Origin: Eledone cirrhosa | Taxonomy: Eukaryota | DNA length: 64,000 nucleotides | Assembly (NCBI GenBank): GCA_964016885.1 | Contig: OZ024740.1 | Span: 197,160,001-197,224,000, forward strand | Direction: 5' to 3' | Part shown: piece after piece, positions 55,683-64,000 of the stretch | How positions within the stretch are numbered: the first letter of the stretch is position 1 | How the letters are laid out: every line of letters starts with the position of its first letter | Made by a program: the position numbers and the translations under genes | The notes under the pieces: model-generated | Seen by the model: the letters and a program-made list of their open reading frames with translations, nothing else | Databases searched by the model: none | Told to the model about the DNA's origin: nothing

Positions 55683-57978
55683 TACTTCCTAAAATTACAT
55701 TTTACAAAAGTGCATGCAAAATATTAATCCAGAGTAATCTTCTTTACTTGATTAGAGTTAATTCAGAAGAGGAGACTGCACTGGTATGAACATGTAATGC
55801 ACAAGGATGATGATCACCAGGTGAAGTGCCAAGTAATCCCAGTGAAGGGAAGTCATAGTAGAGGAAGACCAAGGAAGACCTAGATAGAAGTAGTGAGAAC
55901 TGATCTCAAATCGCTGAAGCTCACAGAGGGGATGACAAAAGAACGGGAGAAGTGGAGAGATGCTATACAGAAAAGGACCTGTCCAACCCCTGCAAGTATG
56001 AAACAGCAGATGTAAGATGATGATGATAAGAAGTAATGTTTTGATAACACTTAAATAGTATCTATTCCTATTGAAGGTTTTGTATTCATTTTTTCATTTG
56101 ATTCATGAGCATTAATAGAATAAAGTTATGATTCACATTTATTGCTTAAGTTGCTGTTTAGCCAAAGGTCAGAACTTATTGAGTAGAACTATGATCAAAT
56201 GCATTCCAATATATCTGTTCTTTTTCCTGATCGTGAGTGAGAGAACTTGGTTGCTATTGCTACATATGTGGATGGATTCAAATAGGATGCTTCACTATAG
56301 TTGCTTGATCTTCTCAATCTAACAGCTAAGTCTCTTTCAATCAAATTCCTACTGCTTTTTAAAATAAGATTGTGTTTTACATAATAAATCTCAGAACATT
56401 TGTCTTGCAGTGAGGATGAATAACCTTTTAAAACACTGCTCAAATAAGGCTTGACCAAAATCAACATACTGGACAATTTTGACATTATATAGCTTGAACA
56501 GAGGATATATGGTTATTCTAACATATTTTATCAGTTACACCCCTATTCAAAGAAAGTTGATTAAAGTTACTAAAATTAAATTTTTTCAGCTTATTACATT
56601 TTCATGCAGCTGGCGAACTTGCTCATTCTTACTACACAACAACTGTCAAAATGAAGTTATTTTTCTAAATTAATGGGTAACATTTAACAAGAACCAATTC
56701 TATAACAAATATAGCTCATACATCAAAGTTATACCAATGCAATTATAAATTAAATTAAAGGAAAGAATCACAGTATGGGCAAAGCTAGTGGGCAAGAGAC
56801 CGAGAGGAACATTTGGTGATAGTTGCTTCTGATAGGACCCTCTAGAAGGTGTGTCTGAGGACTTTGCTCCCATGGCCCTCCCAGGAATAAATGTGCAAAG
56901 AAGCAAAGTAATTAAATTTAGCACACGAGACCAGAAAATAAGCCTAAATACCACCCGAAAATGCAGTGCTGTCTAACTTGATTCACAGGTTTATAAACTA
57001 TACAAAATCTATTGAATACAAAAAATGAAAAAGTCACTGTTTGAATTAGACCATGACAATCTTGATTTGAACACAAAAGCTGCTTTGAATAAATATCAAG
57101 GGAAAAATGAGATAAAATAAGAACAGAAAAAAAAATCTAGTTTTACTTAAATAACTGATTACTTATGTTGCCATAACCTTATTTTGGGTGTTAGCATAAA
57201 GTTGTATTCATTATTCAGAAAACAAATATGAAATGAATTTAGAGCTCACACCTACACAGGTTTAGTTGACCTCCTATGAGGTATCTCATAAGAGGTTTTG
57301 GGAGTGTTTTACTGATAGGGGCCTCAGCCCTATCAAGAAAAACAATGTGAAATGAAGTATCTTGCTCAAAAACACAATGTGCCACTCAATTCAGGAACCA
57401 AACCCATGGCCTTATGATCATTATTGTGCATTATTCTTTCATTAATTGGCTTCATTTTAAACAAAGTTATTTTCATCCCAATCCCTGGTTTTACGATACC
57501 ACACTGGTAGTTTTTAAGTGTTCATATTTAAATTAAGATCTTCCATAATTTTATATAAGAACATTTTGTTATGTTCCAAACAACAGCTTCCAAATACTTC
57601 AATATTTTCACAATTAAAACACATTGATAATGTATTTGATTAGAAAAATGGTAGCAAAAAGGTTAAACAATTACTCTCAATATTTTTTACCTATATTTTT
57701 CCTTGCTTTGCAAGGAATAACCGTACTGTGTAAATACCAAAAGGATCATTACCATTTAATTATTCCATAATCTGTGCCAGTGCAGGAAATGAACTATTAT
57801 TTTCACATATAAGGATTAACATTGTAAACTACCAAACTGTAAAGCTAGTTAGACAAATAACTTGAACGTGTATGGAACATCACTTTAACAATTAAAAGTC
57901 AGGAAACAGAATAATTTTGGCCAATATCAACAAAAAAAAAGAAAGGAACCACTTGTTACATTGGAACATAAAAATCTA

Positions 57979-59123
57979 TGAGGGTGGGCTGAAAAGTTCA
58001 TAGGCTGAATATGAAAGAGTGATCCTAGAGCTGTGTAATCTTGCATGCATTAATTTGGCATCATGGGATTATTAAGTACTTGCAGAAAAAGGGTTTACCC
58101 TTCAAATACATTCATGCTGACAAGGTTGCTACATTATGGGATGACGCTTGAACTTTATTAACAGTGCAAAAGTAGGCAGCTGAATTTAGGAGGGTAAGGG
58201 GTAAGGGAGAGTCGTGAAGATGACCCAAGGTCTGGATGCCCTGCAACTGCCATCACCAAGGAAAACACTGATTGTGTTCACCACATTGTGATGGATGACA
58301 GGTGATTGACTATAAATCAAATAGCCAATGCTATTAGCATATCCCGTGAGAGGGTTGAGCATATTCTGCACAATGAATTTGGCACGACAAAAGTTTTTAT
58401 TTGATGGTACTGATCAAAAGTGCACCAGGTTGATCACATCATGGGAAAATCTTTGTTTTAGACAGATAGAGCTGGTTTTCTTGAACATTTTCTAAGGAAT
58501 GTTAGGTTCATCACTGTAAGTCAGAGACAATCCATGCAGTAGAAACACTGCTCCTCACCTTCTCCAAAGAAGGCCAAGGTTATTTCATCTGCAGAGAAGG
58601 TGATGGCCTCACGTTTTTTTGCAATGCAAAAGGCATTGTGTCTATTGACTATCTTCAAAAGGGTTGCACCATCAATGGAGAGTACTATGTCAACTTGCTG
58701 TGGCAATTACGAAAGACGATCAAACATCCAGGAAAACTAATGAAAAGGGTCTTGTTTCATCAGGACAATGCTCCAGCACACAAGACCTTGGTCACAAGTC
58801 CTTGCTGTGTGTAACTGATTTTGAACTGGTTGATCACCCACCCTATTCTCCTGATTTGGCCCACTTTTGACTATCGTCTGTTCCCCAGCATGAAAAAACA
58901 CTTGGCTAGGAACCACTATCCCAGTGATGATGAATTTATATCTGCTGTTGATGAGTTTTTGGACAAACGGGATGAAAGTTTCTTCACCAATGGGATCCAT
59001 GCACTGCAACACCGATGGAAGAAGTGTGGACTGCAAGGAGGACTACGTTGAAAATTAAACCTCATTTGGTTACATTCCATGAGAGTATCTTGATCAGCCT
59101 ATGAACATTTCAGCTGACCCTTG
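57979..59123 (+). mobile_element. Mariner (DD34D-type) transposon relic
   Basis: TA-flanked ~30 bp TIRs (tgagggtgggctgaaaagttcataggctga / tcagcctatgaacatttcagctgacccttg). HQDNAPAH and HPPYSPDLA motifs. Many stops and frameshifts. Confidence 0.9.
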
Positions 59124-59416
59124 TATGTTTCCATTGGTCTTTTCATTGCTGATACTAACTGCTAGTCACAACTCCTGGTACAAGGAAGCAGGTTTTGAAA
59201 TCAGTATGCACAGATACCACAAAGTATCCTGTCCGACTCTTTAATAATTCTAGCAATCCACTGCCCCTGGACTGGTACTTTATTTATCTATACTGACTGA
59301 ATGAAAGGCAATGTTGATCCCATCAGGATTTGAATACAAAGTGCAAAGAACTGGAACAAATAATGAAACAGTATCAAAAAATTAACAACATGAAGGAATA
59401 AAAAAAGTTAATATAT

Positions 59417-59760
59417 GGAGGCACATGGCTTAGTGTTTAGAGCATTGGCCTTGCAATCGAAAGGTTGTGAGTTCAATTCTCAGACCGGGTGATGTGTTGT
59501 TTCCTTGAGCAAGACACTTCATTTCACATTGCTCCAGTTTACTCAGCTGTAGAAATGAAATGATAGAGACTGGGTTCCCTATCATTCCACTGCAAAGTGG
59601 ACGTGTAGGCGCCACGGCAAAAAAGCACCCAGCACTCACTGTAAATGAGGTTGGTGTTAGGAAGGGCATCCAGCTGTAGAAATCAAGCCAGAATCAGTTC
59701 CCATCCCACCCTTGCAAGCAGGGAAAAGCGGACGTAAAATGAAATGATGATGAAATGATG
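59417..59760 (+). mobile_element. tRNA-derived SINE, family B, full length, with RTE-type 3' tail
   Basis: ggaggcacatggcttagtg...gtgagttcaattc head, ccttgagcaagacact core, and gttaggaagggcatccagctgtagaaa...ggacgtaaaatga(aatgatg)n tail. Confidence 0.88.
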
Positions 59761-60039
59761 AACCCTTTAACATTTAAACCAACCGTATCTGGCCAGAATT
59801 CTCCCACCTCTTTCTGTACAGACCAGCTGTAACCAGCCACTCATACTGATGTTAAGGTATTGTTCTCAAAATCAATAATATGAAAATCTCAGATTCGATT
59901 CAATATTATGCAAGATAAAGTCTTTACCATAAAAATATAATAGTAAATATAGAGTAATGTAAATGCTAAAGGATTAAGGGAAAAGCTTGTTTTGGGAGAA
60001 CAATGTCCATATTAACCACATACTGAGAGAGAAAACCTT

Positions 60040-61010
60040 CTGTTGCAGAGGTTTGCCAATATTCTGCACAAAAGGATATAAACCATAGGATGTTTCAGAT
60101 TGCAAAACAGCATGTTGATGCAAATAATGATGTCATGGAAAAGCATGTATGAAAGTGGTGCTCCTAAATTCACTGATACTAAGAGGAGTCTTGAAAATGT
60201 TACTATGTGAAGTTGCTGAATGGGGAGAATTTATGAGGGAAAGATAAACTATTCCAAGCAAACCCAACAGAAGGACCAGCTACTGAAATTGACAACTATA
60301 TAGTCAAAAGTACAATTTTAGATAATGATAGTAAGGAAAGCAGCTGGACATTCAGGGATTGTCACTGAAATGCTGAAAATATCCAGTGAAGTAGGGTAAA
60401 TGCCAGTGACTTGTACAGAAAAATGTCATAACCAATGACTGGCATAGCAGTATCACCATCAATTGCTATGAGGAAAAAGAAGATGCTCTGGAAAGAAACA
60501 ACTATAGATGGACTATGGTATGAAACTAACAGAAATAATTATACCACAACTGATTAGGATAAGAATAAGCTTAGATGAAATGTAGTCTGTGTCAGAATAG
60601 GATACTACAGATGTACTCTTCCTGAGACATAAGGAGAAGTTCTTAGCTAAAAGAAAACCACTAAACCTAGTATGTGTTGAACTAGAGAAGGCTTTTGGCA
60701 GAGTATCACAATCTGTAGTCAGATAGTTGCTAAAGAAACAAGGTATAGATAAATGGCTTGTGACAACCGAGAAAGACAGATACCTTCATCAAAGTGAGAG
60801 TTGGCAATGAATTTAGCAAAGAATTTAGTATGCAGGTAGATGTCCATCAGGGGTTGGTTCTCAACCCCAACCTAGCCATGATGATTTAAGCATAGCTGTT
60901 CATGAAAACTCCTGTATAACGATAACTTAGTTCTTATATAACTAAATCTGTAGAAGAGTTAGAGAAACAATTCCAAATGTGGAAGCAAAACCTAGAATCA
61001 CAAGGTTTCA
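60040..61010 (+). mobile_element. Heavily decayed RTE RT region
   Basis: Colinear degenerate similarity to 62310-63330 (gaaatgctgaaa, aactataga, ctagagaaggctttt, catcaggggttggttctc). Confidence 0.65.
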
Positions 61011-61019
61011 AAATACGTG

Positions 61020-61532
61020 TCATCATCATCATCAACATCACCATTTTACGTCCGTTCTTCCACGCTAGCATGGGTTAGACGGGTTGTCCTGTTGTGGGCA
61101 GTGTCTGGTCGGCTGACCATGCCTTGCTCATACAGGAACTGATTTGGCTTGATTTCTACAGCTGGATGCCCTTCCTAACACCAACCTCATTTACAGTGAG
61201 TGCTGGGTGCTTTTTCGTGGCGCCTATACGTCCACTTTACAGTGTGGGCTGGGTGCCTTTTTGCCGTGGCACCTCCACGACCACTTTGTGGTGGGGGGGG
61301 GGGGGGGCATATTGTCTATATGCTTCAGCTTGTACCCATGGGAGGTCGGGTACTCTGTATTACTGCGTGACGCCAGAGGTCACGGTCGTGTGTCATTGCC
61401 TTTGAGCGGTGTAATTGGGTAAGGTCGGCTTTTATCACCTCATCCCAGCTCATCTTGGGTCTCCCCACTCCGCGGTTTCCATCGACTTCTAGTGCTCTGC
61501 ACCTTTTTATGCAGCTGTCATCCTTCATACGT
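61020..61532 (-). mobile_element. RTE 3' end fragment
   Basis: MKDDSCIKRCRALEVDGNRGVGRPKMSW followed by the RTE tail with (GAT)n. Confidence 0.8.
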
Positions 61533-62109
61533 GTAGCAAAGATAAATGTTTTAGGAAGAAAAAATACAGGTTTATATTGCCATCTAAGAGGTAGCCATGT
61601 TCAATATGCATATGTGACTTAATTAGTAGTGGAGATTGGTGCACTAAAAACACAGAGTGGGGGGTGTAAAAAATTTAGGGAGCTATAAGCTTTACTGATA
61701 ATAAAAGATTTTCGCTTCTCATGAAGGGCAGATTATATAATGTTTGAGAGCCAAGTGTGATGTTGCATGGTGGTAAAACATAAGCATTTAATGCAGAGAA
61801 TGTGCGATGCTTGGAAAGAAATTAAGCGAGCACGCTCTATTGGATGTGTAATGTTAGTGTGTCTGAACAACAGAGCACATATGAGACAAGAGAAAAAACT
61901 GGGTATAAGAGGACTCAGATGTAAACTGCAAGACTGCATATGAGGAAAACTGAATAAAATACATGAAAATATGGTGAAAGCTCATAATGAAGATAATAAA
62001 GGATTGCAACAGGGGCTAAGACACTCTACATAAGAGAACCCATGCAAACATGAAAAAAACAGATGTAATGAAGATGATGTCAGTAACTTTCTGGGGTTAC
62101 AGATATTAC

Positions 62110-64000
62110 TTCTGTGGCTGGAGCAGACCTATTGGCAGGAGGAGAGTAACTTGGTGGTGGAACAGTAAGGTGGAAGAGACAATCAAGGCCAAAAGCAGGC
62201 TTGGAAAGTATGGGGAAGTAGAGAGCACTATCAAGTTGCCAGGAGAGAAGCTAGGAGACAAGTGTACCTTGCAAAAAGGGTAGCAGAGGATAGAAAGTTC
62301 AAGCATGTTCTGCAACGTGAGGTGTTCAGGATTGTTAGACAATGTGTCAAGGAAAACCATGATATTGTCGGGGAGAAGTGTGTCCGTAATGATAATGGTG
62401 TACTTGCGCTCACTGATACTGATGAGAAGATAGCCTGGAAGTGTCACTACGAGAGACTATTAAATGAGGAGAATAAATGGGAAAAAGATAGTCTGCCCCA
62501 AATCGATCCAATAGAAGGACCAGCGGTGCAAGTTAAAGGTAGTATAATAAGTAAGGCAATCAAAGATATGAAGACAGGCAAGGCAGCTGGGCCTTCGGAG
62601 ATAGTTGCTGAGATGTTGAAAGCATCTGGTATGGTGGGACACACTATGGTCACCCGTATAGTTAACCAAGTAATTCAGAATGGGGTCATACCGAAAGACT
62701 GGCGTAGCAGCATCATCATTAACTGCTACAAGGGTAAAGGGGATGCTCTAGATAGGGGAAACTATAGAGGCCTTAAGTTAGTTGACCAGGTCATGAAGGT
62801 CACAGAAAGAGTTCTAGCGCAACTAATCGGAGAGCGAATTGATCTAGATGAAATGCAGTTTGGGTTTGTGTCAGGTAAAAGTAGCACAGATGCTCTTTTC
62901 CTTGAATGACAACTACAAGAAAAGTACCTAGCTAAAAGTAAGCCCCTCTACTTAGTTTTTGTAGACCTGGAAAAAGCTTTTGACAGAGTCCCCCACTCCA
63001 TTATCTGGTGGGCTCTTAGAAAATTAGGTGTAGATGAATGGCTTGTGAGAGCTATACAAGCTATGTATAATGGAACAGTCAGTAAGGTTAGAATTAACAA
63101 TGAATATTGTGAAGAATTTAGTGTAAAAGTTGGCGTTCATCAAGGCTCTGTCCTTAGCCCCCCTCTTATTTATTATTGCCCTTCAGGCTATAACAGAGGA
63201 GTTCAAGACTGGCTGCCCATGGGAACTCCTATACGCAGGTGATCTAACGCTCATAGCTGAATCAATGGCTGAACTAGAGAAGAAATTCGAAACATGGAAG
63301 CATGGCCTAGAATCAAAAGGCCTTAAACTTAACTTGTCTAAGACTAAAGTTCTAGTTTTTAGAAAGGAAAATAGGGCACAGGTGCCCTCAGGGAAATGGC
63401 CATGCTCAGTGTGTAGGAAAGGAGTAGGCAGAAATTCCATTTTATGTCCCAAATGCAAAGTATGGGTACATAAAAGATGTAGTGGGATCACAGGTAAACT
63501 ATCTAAGAACGTAGACTTTATATGTGGCCAATGCTCAGGTGCAATAAGTAGCAAGTGTCCAAAGGATACTAGCTCCTTCCCACAAAAGTTTCTCTCTAAA
63601 AATGAAAGGCAGATTGTATGATGCCTGTATACGAACAGCAATGCTACATGGCAGTGAGACATGTGCATTACGTGCAGAGGACCTGCGTAGACTGGAAAGG
63701 AACGAAGCATGCATGCTCCGTTTGATGTGTAATAGTAATATACGTGAACGGCAAAGCATAAATGAACTAAGTGAGAAATTAGGAATAAGAGGGATCTGAT
63801 GCTGTTTACTCGAGAGAAGACTACGTTGGTATGGCCACGTGATGCGCATGAAAGACGACAGCTGCATAAAAAAGTGCAGGGCGATCAAAATTGATGGTAG
63901 TTACGGAGTAGGTAGACCCAGAAAAACCTGGGATCTGATAAATTCCGACCTTACACACTTACATCTCTCTAAGACAATGTCTCTGGACCGACATCTTTGG
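62110..64000 (+). mobile_element. RTE LINE (RT region with PHD-like finger); stops, frameshifts and an internal deletion near 63582; runs off the right edge
   Basis: KGKGDALDRGNYRGLKL, VDLEKAFDRV, GVHQGSVLSP, YAGD (for YADD) and RRLRWYGHVMR. Compared with the 42150 copy, roughly 150 bp are missing. Confidence 0.9.

Noticed and set aside
59417-59490. tRNA gene (also 21745-21815 and 23620-23715)
   Set aside because: A/B boxes are present but there is no complete cloverleaf. The sequence continues into SINE core and LINE-like tail, and it is multi-copy.

Overview
This is AT-rich, repeat-dense animal genomic DNA. The SINE, RTE and microsatellite mix looks like an octopus or other coleoid cephalopod (inference). 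Two spliced host genes lie on the minus strand. Rab2 has coding exon 1 at 14711-14756 and exon 2 at 403-474 and continues off the left edge; neither exon appears in the ORF track. A C15orf61/DUF4528 homologue has coding exons at 52293-52608 and 38300-38427 (147 aa). Most of the rest is mobile DNA: a near full-length CR1 LINE plus truncated copies; a compact Mag-like Ty3/Gypsy LTR element nested in a CsRn1-like remnant; a decayed RepHel Helitron inside a hAT-type element inside an RTE fragment; non-autonomous Helitrons; a mariner relic; RTE LINEs; two tRNA-derived SINE families; TTAA-specific piggyBac-like MITEs; and a 3.35 kb alternating purine-pyrimidine satellite. Three signals stand out: (1) the Gypsy element has no tRNA primer site but a 12-nt complement of its own LTR, suggesting self-priming; (2) a ~600 bp Helitron palindrome carries two opposed CTAG|TC end-to-end junctions at its centre; (3) a -1 slippery heptamer links CR1 ORF1 to an ORF2 that has no ATG. 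All coordinates and identities were read by eye, and the edges of decayed repeats are approximate.
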